Positions 7,806-15,118 of a stretch of 20,000 nucleotides of DNA are shown piece after piece; the first letter of the stretch is position 1, and each line of letters opens with the position of its first letter. Origin of the DNA: an uncultured virus (IMG/VR IMGVR_UViG_3300010278_000172) (taxonomy: Duplodnaviria; Heunggongvirae; Uroviricota; Caudoviricetes); IMG/VR virus record IMGVR_UViG_3300010278_000172. One strand, 5' to 3'. The notes under the pieces were generated by a model. The model was not told the origin of the DNA, did no database searches, and saw only the letters and a list, made by a program, of their open reading frames with translations. The position numbers and the translations under genes were made by a program.

Positions 7806-9611
7806 ATGAAAGAACAGGATTTTATTCAGAAAATATGTGGATATGCGATAAGTGATATGAAAGAGAACGGAATTCTCGCCTCTGTCACGATTGCTCAGGC
7901 TATTCTTGAAAGTTCCTGGGGCACATCTGAATTGGCGAAGAAAGCTAATAATTACTTCGGCATGAAATGCTCTCTGAGCAGCAACTCGTGGGGAAGTGTA
8001 TGGGATAGAGTATCAAAATACACAAAAGTCACTAACGAGCAGGATGAGGCCGGAAAAATTTATACTATCAAAGCGGATTTTAGGGCATATCCAGACATAG
8101 AAATGAGCATAAAGGACCATTCAATGTATCTTGTTGGTGCTATGAATGGAACGGAACATAGATATTGTGGTATCGCAAACGAAAAAGACTACAGAAAAGC
8201 GGTTGAAATCATTAAAGCTGGAGGATATGCCACAGATATAAATTATGTGTCTAAGATTTGCTCAATCATAAAGAAATATGAATTAACACAGTATGACGAA
8301 ATGGAGGAATTGAATATGGGAATTGAAATCAGAAAGCAGATTGCAACGAATAGTCCCTGCAATAAAACGGGAGATGAAATTACTGTAAAGGGCTCTATGT
8401 TACATAGTGTAGGGTGTCCGCAGCCTAAGCCGGAAGTATTTGCAAAGATTTGGGAGACTTCTACAGGAGCCTGTGTTCATGCAGTTACAGGCGCTGACGC
8501 TTATGCAATTCAGTGTTTACCTCTTTTCCCGGAGCGGAAAAAGGCTAGAAGAGGATGGCATGGAGCAAGTGGAAAGAATGGCAGTGTCAACAACACACAT
8601 TTATCTCTTGAAATGACAGAGCCGGCTACAATTAAGTATGTGGGAGGGGCTACATGGATTGAGACAGGAGACGGAAGCAATACCAAGAGACATGTCCTTG
8701 CAACATATGCGAATGCAGTACAGGTATTTGCTAAATGGTGCAAGGAATTTGGGCTAAATCCATTGGAGGATGGTGTAATTATCTCACATCATGAGGGAAA
8801 TCAGAGAGGTATCGCAAGCAATCATGGGGACGTTGAGCACATTTGGAACAAGTTCGGACTTACTATGGATCAGTTTAGAGAAGATGTTAAGAAAGCCATG
8901 GGAGGACAGACGATTGACACAGTGCCAGATGCACCAGTAGATAACAGCAGCGATGATACAAGTTCACAGGCTGTCAATCCTTTGAGTGGTTCTGTGAAGA
9001 TTATTTACACAGGTGATGATGGACTTAATGTAAGAAAAGCACCTTGTATATTAGACAAGTATGTTGATCATGTTGAACATGCAGGCACATTCACTGTGGT
9101 TGGTATATCAGCAGATGAAAAGTGGTACAAGTTAAAGAGCGGGCTTTTTATCACAACCATACCTGAATATGTATCATTCAAAGCAACACCAGAGCAGAAG
9201 CAGCAGACAGCAGGCACAGGATATTACAGAGTAAGAAAGAACTGGGATGATGCGGACTCACAGATTGGAGCATTCAAGAATCAGAACAATGCCATTGAAT
9301 TATGTAAGCAGAACAGCGGATACAAGGTATTTGATAATGATGGCAATGAGATCTATCCTTGCATCAAAGATGATGGTACTCCTTTTAAGTTCCGGGTGAC
9401 AATTCCTGATCTCAGAATCAGAAAAGGACCAGGAACTACTTATGATTACTGGAAGAAAAATGGAAGTCCGGAATATACTGGTAAAAATGTATTTACAATC
9501 ATTGATACAGCTGAAGGTCCGGGAGCTAAAGTCTGGGGATTATTAAAATCGGGAGAAAAAGACAGAGACAGATGGATTTCTCTTGATGAAGATTATGGAA
9601 ACAGACTGTAA
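7806..9611 (+). CDS. Endolysin: GH73 glucosaminidase + Amidase_2 + SH3b-like/cell-wall-binding domains
   Basis: IAQAILESSWG, NNYFGMK and GGYATD (GH73); SMLHSVG, WHG, LEM and ISHHEG..NHGD (Zn amidase); LNVRKAP and LRIRKGPGT (SH3b-like). Confidence 0.9.
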   Translation: MKEQDFIQKICGYAISDMKENGILASVTIAQAILESSWGTSELAKKANNYFGMKCSLSSNSWGSVWDRVSKYTKVTNEQDEAGKIYTIKADFRAYPDIEMSIKDHSMYLVGAMNGTEHRYCGIANEKDYRKAVEIIKAGGYATDINYVSKICSIIKKYELTQYDEMEELNMGIEIRKQIATNSPCNKTGDEITVKGSMLHSVGCPQPKPEVFAKIWETSTGACVHAVTGADAYAIQCLPLFPERKKARRGWHGASGKNGSVNNTHLSLEMTEPATIKYVGGATWIETGDGSNTKRHVLATYANAVQVFAKWCKEFGLNPLEDGVIISHHEGNQRGIASNHGDVEHIWNKFGLTMDQFREDVKKAMGGQTIDTVPDAPVDNSSDDTSSQAVNPLSGSVKIIYTGDDGLNVRKAPCILDKYVDHVEHAGTFTVVGISADEKWYKLKSGLFITTIPEYVSFKATPEQKQQTAGTGYYRVRKNWDDADSQIGAFKNQNNAIELCKQNSGYKVFDNDGNEIYPCIKDDGTPFKFRVTIPDLRIRKGPGTTYDYWKKNGSPEYTGKNVFTIIDTAEGPGAKVWGLLKSGEKDRDRWISLDEDYGNRL

Positions 9612-9634
9612 TAGTCAAGACGGGCAGTTGCTCC

Positions 9635-9714
9635 ATAACTTATACCGATAAGATATAACACAATTCGCTATAAAATAACAAACGACACAAAAAGATGTCA
9701 GAAAATGCTATTTT
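9635..9714 (+). promoter_or_regulatory. Putative promoter of the XRE gene: two operator-like 17-mers (9635-9651, 9655-9671) plus extended -10 TGcTATTTT (9706-9714)
   Basis: ATAACT-N5-CGATAA and ATAACA-N5-CGCTAT; 9655-9682 matches 4807-4834 at 24/28. Confidence 0.55.
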
Positions 9715-9736
9715 ATAACGGAAGGAGCAACGACGT

Positions 9737-9994
9737 ATGATAAGAATTTTACTATCTACAAAGCTCGGCGAAATGAAATGGAGTCAGGCGGATCTGGCCA
9801 GGGCAACCGGAATCAGACCCAACACCATCAGCGAATTGTACCATGAGTACACAGATAGGGTGAATTTGGAACACCTCGACCTAATATGCGAGGCTCTACA
9901 TTGCGAACTCGATGAACTGATTGTTAGGGTGCCAAATGATTATGCGAAGATTACCCACACCAGATCCGGCTCCTTGATTTCGTCAGACAAGTAG
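9737..9994 (+). CDS. XRE/Cro-C1 (HTH_26-like) transcriptional regulator
   Basis: SQADLARATGIRPNTISELY...LDLICEALHCELDELI; AAGGAG RBS. Confidence 0.9.
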   Translation: MIRILLSTKLGEMKWSQADLARATGIRPNTISELYHEYTDRVNLEHLDLICEALHCELDELIVRVPNDYAKITHTRSGSLISSDK

Positions 9995-10018
9995 TGCTGC
10001 AACACTGCTGTCATAGAG

Positions 10019-10049
10019 AAAGACGTTCAAGGAACGAACGTCTTTTTTT
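10019..10049. terminator. Likely bidirectional terminator between the convergent XRE and GGCT genes
   Basis: AAAGACGTTC-N7-GAACGTCTTT followed by a T run. Confidence 0.75.
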
Positions 10050-10061
10050 ATACCACAATAT

Positions 10062-10505
10062 TTATCTACATTCAATGGTATTTCTATCCAATGAATTCTC
10101 AAATAGTGCTAAATCAAAATTGTTATCAATATATCCCTGTCGGATAGTTTCTATGTAGGTCAAAGATGGTCTTCCGGGTGCACGCTGTTGGTCCATAATA
10201 TAGACCATAGCTCTTTTCTTTTTTCCGCCAATATCAACCATTACATTCTGCTTATAATAATATCGGGGATATCCTTCGTATATATCTAATCTTTTCTCGT
10301 CTTCCGGTTCAATGTTCCATAGTAAAACAGGTACATATGAACCCTGCTTTTTGGCTATTGTTGCGTGCGAATTGGTTGCACTGCCTCTGTATAAAAGTTC
10401 CCAGTTAGTTAATTGCCCAGTACCATAAATACTCGCAGAGGGGCATCTATAAGCCATTTGCTTTAAGTTGAGATTACTTCCGTATGCTACATACAATTTT
10501 TTCAT
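10062..10505 (-). CDS. Gamma-glutamylcyclotransferase (AIG2-like/GGCT family)
   Basis: LYVAYGSNL N-terminal motif and LDIYEGYP catalytic Glu motif. Confidence 0.9.
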   Translation of the reverse strand: MKKLYVAYGSNLNLKQMAYRCPSASIYGTGQLTNWELLYRGSATNSHATIAKKQGSYVPVLLWNIEPEDEKRLDIYEGYPRYYYKQNVMVDIGGKKKRAMVYIMDQQRAPGRPSLTYIETIRQGYIDNNFDLALFENSLDRNTIECR

Positions 10506-10681
10506 GCCGATACCTCCTCAATTTTAATTATTCTTATCCATGGATTTAACTCGCCTCTTGCCATTGACCTAGCAATGGTTTTATTTGGAGCTTTTACATG
10601 GTATTTATCAGATATACCACCAGATATCATTATTCTGTACATTTTCCAAGGTGTGTCCGGGTTATTCGTTCGTCTTGCCAT
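10502..10681 (-). CDS. Small basic protein (59 aa, MARRTNNPDTPWKMYRIMISGGISDKYHVKAPNKTIARSMARGELNPWIRIIKIEEVSA); not in the ORF track
   Basis: AGGAG RBS; TGA overlaps the GGCT ATG (ATGA). Confidence 0.65.
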   Translation of the reverse strand: MARRTNNPDTPWKMYRIMISGGISDKYHVKAPNKTIARSMARGELNPWIRIIKIEEVSA

Positions 10682-10726
10682 ATTTTCTCCTATCTCCCCG
10701 TTTTGCCGCTAGGTCAGCACTTTTTA

Positions 10727-11650
10727 CTAAGCTGCCCGACAAGCCATTCCGGCAGCTTTTTTAAGTGGTGTCATAAGATGAAGCCTGCATGTTTTAAATT
10801 CGTCTCCATAAAGTCCCAGGCGGTGGGTAAGAATGTTTCTCATAATTGTAACTTTCTGTTCTGGTGAGTACCCATCCATTGAACGGAATACAATTTTTTC
10901 TTGTGAAGTGATAGCCCATGCTGATACCGCCAAACAAAACTGTATATAGGCCTTGATTTTTCCTGCGTGAAGTGTGCTGTTAAAAAGTCTGAATTCCACT
11001 GTACCCTTGGTGAAGAAAGAATGGAGATTTACTCCATGATATCTTGTGGAATTGTAATGCTGATGATCGATTCCACCGCAATAACCATCATTTGCTCTGC
11101 TATACCAGATTTCTTCGGCTTTTTCTTTTGTAAGATTCTTATCCTTTTTCATGGCATCAAGTAGCGTTTTGTTAAGTTTGTGGCACCAGCTACTCTCACG
11201 GTCTCCGATTTGGAGTGCTTCGTAAATCAGATCCTGTCTGGCTGTCATAAAGTTAACTAATCTTCTGAGAGATACTGCTGTATGGTTTGCACCATCGACA
11301 TGGATATGAATACCGCAACTGCTATGAGCCTTTGCTCCGTTCTCTCGGAGTTTTCGTATGATGTTTTGGAGAAGTTCAATGTCGGAATAATTGAGCGGCG
11401 GTGTTACAAATTCGACTCTGTATTCATCAAGAGGCTCGCTTGTATCATCGTTTCTTATTGGTGTGATAGATGAATCTCTCATAATTTTCCATTTGCGAGC
11501 TGCCTGATCAGCAATCGTGCGTGTGTGGTAGCAATTTGATTCTGGATGAGAAGGTGTTGTTCCAAGAACTCCGGCAACGAGACGAGCTGCTTTTTCTCTT
11601 GTAATACCTGTCATTTCTACTTCAACTCCGAATAATTGATTTTTTAACAT
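10727..11650 (-). CDS. Putative amidoligase (Amidoligase_2, COOH-NH2 ligase type 2)
   Basis: FGVEVE, DSSI, VEFVTPPL, SCGIHIHV, RYHGVN and TVEFRLF motifs; AGGAGG RBS. Confidence 0.88.
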   Translation of the reverse strand: MLKNQLFGVEVEMTGITREKAARLVAGVLGTTPSHPESNCYHTRTIADQAARKWKIMRDSSITPIRNDDTSEPLDEYRVEFVTPPLNYSDIELLQNIIRKLRENGAKAHSSCGIHIHVDGANHTAVSLRRLVNFMTARQDLIYEALQIGDRESSWCHKLNKTLLDAMKKDKNLTKEKAEEIWYSRANDGYCGGIDHQHYNSTRYHGVNLHSFFTKGTVEFRLFNSTLHAGKIKAYIQFCLAVSAWAITSQEKIVFRSMDGYSPEQKVTIMRNILTHRLGLYGDEFKTCRLHLMTPLKKAAGMACRAA

Positions 11651-11710
11651 ATATTTATCCTCCTAAATTGTTTTTCTGTTTTATTGAACTTTTATTCTGT
11701 TTCTATGAAT

Positions 11711-11738
11711 ATATTACCATATGTACACCCAGTGTCAA
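11711..11738 (-). promoter_or_regulatory. Sigma-A promoter of the amidoligase operon
   Basis: Minus strand TTGACA-16 bp-TAATAT with an upstream TG. Confidence 0.65.
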
Positions 11739-11789
11739 TGCTTTTTTCTAATATTCTGAATATTTTTTCTGGAAAAGCAGAATAAAAAG

Positions 11790-11818
11790 TTGACAAAACA
11801 GAAAAACGAATTTATAAT
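11790..11818 (+). promoter_or_regulatory. Consensus sigma-A promoter
   Basis: TTGACA (11790-11795), 17 bp spacer, TATAAT (11813-11818). Confidence 0.85.
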
Positions 11819-11835
11819 AAAACAGAGGTGATTAT

Positions 11836-11997
11836 ATGATTGATGAAAGATTGAAAGAGCAATACAATCAATCGGTTGTCGAGCTAAAGGAAGCTCTTAA
11901 AAGGGAGCGTATTTTTAACAGGATTTACCGAAATATGATTGCGATAATGGATAAATTAGAGAAAATTTTGCGAAAGACAGGGGGAGAAAGAAGATGA
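11836..11997 (+). CDS. Small helical protein (53 aa, MIDERLKEQYNQSVVELKEALKRERIFNRIYRNMIAIMDKLEKILRKTGGERR); not in the ORF track
   Basis: GAGGTG RBS just after the consensus promoter; TGA overlaps the next ATG. Confidence 0.65.
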   Translation: MIDERLKEQYNQSVVELKEALKRERIFNRIYRNMIAIMDKLEKILRKTGGERR

Positions 11998-12191
11998 TTT
12001 GCTACGATCGACTGTGGAAAACACTAATTGATAAGCACTTGAAAAAGACAGAGCTTCGGGATAAAATAGGAATCAGTAATGCCACATTAGCGAAGCTTGG
12101 TAAAAATGAACCTGTCAATCTTAAAGTTATAGATGCTATATGTCAGGAGCTTGATTGTGATGTTGAAGATGTTTTGGAGATAAAACATTAA
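11994..12191 (+). CDS. XRE/Cro-C1 (HTH_26) DNA-binding protein
   Basis: YDRLWKTLIDK..KKTELRDKIGISNATLAKLGKNEPV..IDAICQELDCDVEDV. Confidence 0.9.
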   Translation: MICYDRLWKTLIDKHLKKTELRDKIGISNATLAKLGKNEPVNLKVIDAICQELDCDVEDVLEIKH

Positions 12192-12206
12192 ATTTAAGGA
12201 GGCATT

Positions 12207-12494
12207 ATGTACGTTGAACAGGATAATAAAGTGCATTTTGACAAATCTGATTTAATTGATCCGGTTATTCCTTCTCCGTTTTGGAAAAAACCGTCTATCA
12301 CAATGACGAATCCAGAGGTTCAAATTATTGCAGAAAATTGTGATAATGAAAAAAATGCACAAGCAGGTGAATCTGATAGATTAGAACATCAGCCTATATT
12401 TGATACATATACTGGTATTGACAAAAACATAAATGATGTTATTATGATGTTATTAGAGAACACAAATAAAAGTAATGAAAGTAATCACAAATAA
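12207..12494 (+). CDS. Hypothetical protein (95 aa)
   Basis: AAGGAGG RBS; no recognisable domain. Confidence 0.55.
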   Translation: MYVEQDNKVHFDKSDLIDPVIPSPFWKKPSITMTNPEVQIIAENCDNEKNAQAGESDRLEHQPIFDTYTGIDKNINDVIMMLLENTNKSNESNHK

Positions 12495-12606
12495 AATTCA
12501 TAAAATTAGTGGAAAAATTAACGATGAACGTACACAGAAATGCTGTTACGAAATCGAGTTTGAATAATTCACACAATCACAAAATACCAGTATTTATGCG
12601 GGCCGC

Positions 12607-12645
12607 AAGCAAATTTGCTTAGTGATTGGCAACAAAATGGCAACA
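12607..12645. repeat. 14-bp palindrome AAGCAAATTTGCTT and tandem TGGCAACA repeats; possible integrase arm sites at the element junction
   Basis: Palindrome at 12607-12620; TGGCAACA at 12627-12634 and 12638-12645. Confidence 0.45.
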
Positions 12646-12695
12646 TTTTGCGATTATTCAAGAGATAAAAATTTTATTTCATAACGTATATAAAG

Positions 12696-12742
12696 AAACC
12701 TTACTGATTTTCAGAAGTAAAAACTGAATATCGGTAAGGTTT
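12696..12742. terminator. 19-bp inverted repeat (17/19) just downstream of the IME repressor gene; terminator-like
   Basis: AAACCTTACTGATTTTCAG ... CTGAATATCGGTAAGGTTT. Confidence 0.6.
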
Positions 12743-12747
12743 TTCTT

Positions 12748-13275
12748 TTATTTCTTTTTCTTATCAAATAAAGCCTGTACAAGGTGATCGCTCAATTCCT
12801 GAGAAGGCACTTTGGCATGTCTCTGGTAAGTATCCAGTTCTGGGTACTTATATCTCCATTCATCATATTCTTCCTTGCTGATTTCACCGTTTTCCAGTTT
12901 GTCAGCCTGTTCCATCCATGCACGAAGCATCTGATCTACAGATGAGCCGGGAGCAGATATGGAACGGTCAAGACAGAGATAAGGCTGTCCGCTTATATTT
13001 TTGATTTTCAGACCGTACATATCTTCCAGTGCAAACAATGTGTGCATTAAACCGTCATAAGTATCAATATCAGGCACTGTTAAAGCATGAGTATTGACAT
13101 CGAAGATCTGAGACATTTGTTTTACAAGATCAATTTTAGGAACTCTGGCTTCTGATTCATACTGAGCCATGCGGACATCTGAGGTTTTACCCTTGAATCC
13201 CAGTAGTTCTCCGAGTTGTTTTTGCGTCATGCCCTTGCGGTTGCGAAAAAATTTGATACGTTGTCCGATTGCCAT
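12748..13275 (-). CDS. XRE-family repressor of the IME (175 aa)
   Basis: Start MAIGQRIKFFRNRKGMTQKQLG after an AGGAGG RBS; N-terminal HTH; divergent from xis-int. Confidence 0.9.
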   Translation of the reverse strand: MAIGQRIKFFRNRKGMTQKQLGELLGFKGKTSDVRMAQYESEARVPKIDLVKQMSQIFDVNTHALTVPDIDTYDGLMHTLFALEDMYGLKIKNISGQPYLCLDRSISAPGSSVDQMLRAWMEQADKLENGEISKEEYDEWRYKYPELDTYQRHAKVPSQELSDHLVQALFDKKKK

Positions 13276-13336
13276 TGTTATTTGCCTCCTTATATATGAC
13301 ATTTCGTGTGTTGCCATGATTGATTGTGATATGAAA

Positions 13337-13491
13337 TAAAACAATTCTGTTTAGGCTCAGTATAGCATGAGCAAATTTGGATAGCAAGAAGAACTTAAAC
13401 AAAACAATTTAATATTCTTGCCGAAACTACTTGACTTAAATAAATATGTTTAGTATCATGCAAATGTAATAACCTAAACAAATTGCGTTAA
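13337..13491. promoter_or_regulatory. Divergent promoters with four palindromic operators (YTAAACA-N4-TGTTTAR)
   Basis: Plus strand TTGACT 13431-17 bp-TATCAT 13454; minus strand TTGCTA 13387-17 bp-TATACT 13364; operators start at 13337, 13395, 13436 and 13474. Confidence 0.7.
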
Positions 13492-13512
13492 GAATGAAAG
13501 GGGAGATGCGAT

Positions 13513-13695
13513 GTGACGAACAGAACTTTTATGACAGTAGAAGAAGTTGCAGCGGAAATGGGAGTTTCCAAGTCTTATGCTTATAAGATTGTCAAACAGC
13601 TAAATGAAGAATTACAGAAGCTGGGTTATCTTACGGTGGCAGGCAGGGTGAATACCAATTATTTCCGTAAAAAAGTATGCTACAGCGAAGCGTAA
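13513..13695 (+). CDS. xis: Excisionase-like HTH protein
   Basis: FMTVEEVAAEMGVSKSYAYKIVK; directly upstream of the integrase. Confidence 0.75.
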   Translation: MTNRTFMTVEEVAAEMGVSKSYAYKIVKQLNEELQKLGYLTVAGRVNTNYFRKKVCYSEA

Positions 13696-13716
13696 GAGAA
13701 AGAGAGGAGAATTGGT

Positions 13717-14817
13717 ATGAGCATTTACAAAGATAATGCCACTGGGAAGTGGCGAGTGGTCTATCGTTATAACGATTGGACAGGAAAAACGAAACAAACC
13801 TCCAAACGAGGATTTCCTACGAAACGGGAAGCTCAGATGTGGGAACACGAACAGATGTTAAAGCATGATGCAAAACTGGATATGACTTTCGCAAGTTTTT
13901 ATGAAATCTATGTAGAAGATAAAAAAGAACGAATCCGGGATAACACATGGGGAACGAAAGGTCATATTGCAAGAACAAAGATTCTTCCATATTTCGGAGA
14001 GCGTAAGATTGCTGAGATAGAGCCAAGGGATATCATTGCATGGCAGAATCATTTACTTGCTTGCCGGAAGCCAAATGGACAACCATATTCTGCTTCGTAT
14101 TTGCAGAAGATTCACAGCCAGTTAAGTGCCGTTTTTAATCACGCAGTTGATTTTTACCATCTGCCCTCTAATCCGGCACAGAAAGCAGGAAATATGGCTT
14201 CGGAAGAGCATAAGGAAATGTTGTTCTGGACGAAAGAAGAATATCTGAAATTCGCAGATGCCATGATGGATAAACCAGTTTCCTACTACGCATTTGAAAT
14301 GCTGTACTGGTGTGGAATCCGTTTGGGAGAGTTGTTGGCACTGACACCTGCAGACTTTGATTTCAAATCCCACACGTTGCGAATCAATAAGTCTTATCAG
14401 AGATTGAACAGGGAAGATGTAATCACACCACCAAAGACATTAAAAAGCAATCGAACGATTAAGATGCCGCAGTTCTTATGTGATGAGATGCAAGATTATA
14501 TGGCAATGCTTTATGACCTGAAAGACGATGACAGAATCTTTACGATTTCTAAATCCTATTTGCATCATGAGATGAACAGAGGGGCGAAAGAAGCAGGCGT
14601 AAAAAGAATCCGGGTGCATGATCTGAGACATTCGCATGTATCACTGCTGATTAATATGGGATTTTCGGCGCTTGCAATTGCAGATCGTGTGGGACATGAG
14701 AGTATTGATATCACTTACCGATATGCTCATTTGTTCCCGACAAAGCAGACTGAAATGGCTGAAAAGCTGGATATCGAAAGGATGGAAAAATCAAATGGAG
14801 AAGAATCTGGACAGTAA
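13717..14817 (+). CDS. int: Tyrosine recombinase/integrase
   Basis: N-terminal arm-binding region (KRGFPTKREA); catalytic residues in GIRLGE, K, HDLRH, VGH and Y (TYRYAH). Confidence 0.95.
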   Translation: MSIYKDNATGKWRVVYRYNDWTGKTKQTSKRGFPTKREAQMWEHEQMLKHDAKLDMTFASFYEIYVEDKKERIRDNTWGTKGHIARTKILPYFGERKIAEIEPRDIIAWQNHLLACRKPNGQPYSASYLQKIHSQLSAVFNHAVDFYHLPSNPAQKAGNMASEEHKEMLFWTKEEYLKFADAMMDKPVSYYAFEMLYWCGIRLGELLALTPADFDFKSHTLRINKSYQRLNREDVITPPKTLKSNRTIKMPQFLCDEMQDYMAMLYDLKDDDRIFTISKSYLHHEMNRGAKEAGVKRIRVHDLRHSHVSLLINMGFSALAIADRVGHESIDITYRYAHLFPTKQTEMAEKLDIERMEKSNGEESGQ

Positions 14818-15118
14818 AGGAAGATGGAGAAACAAAATTGTAGCATTCCGGGTATCACCGGAAGAGGCAGAGCAAATTGATGTATGTGTCCGGTTGTCAG
14901 GACTCAGCAAACAGGACTATATCACGAAACGATTAACTGATCGGGAAATCGTGGTGCAGGGAAATCCAAGAGTTTATAAAGCGTTGAGAAACCAGATGAC
15001 AGAGATTTATGAAGAACTGAAACGTCTGGAAAGGTGCAGTGATGAAAATGGCGAGTTGCTGAGTACCCTGAGACTGGTCGCAGAGACATTGAAGGGATTG
15101 AAAGGGGAAAATGAATGA
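14795..15118 (+). CDS. MobC-like ribbon-helix-helix protein
   Basis: RNKIVAFRVSPEEAEQID..LSGLSKQDYI RHH pattern; ATG 14795 overlaps the int 3' end. Confidence 0.7.
   Translation: MEKNLDSKGRWRNKIVAFRVSPEEAEQIDVCVRLSGLSKQDYITKRLTDREIVVQGNPRVYKALRNQMTEIYEELKRLERCSDENGELLSTLRLVAETLKGLKGENE

Larger units (their letters stand above)
1..12650 (+). mobile_element. Prophage, right part (baseplate/tail, DGR, lysis, accessory genes); left end outside window, right boundary approximate
   Basis: Co-oriented baseplate-J-like, DUF2612-like, tail, holin-like and endolysin genes, then accessory genes and arm-site-like repeats near 12627-12645. Confidence 0.85.

Noticed and set aside
12495..12747. tRNA gene or fragment as the att core
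   Set aside because: No cloverleaf or T-loop-plus-CCA signature recognisable.
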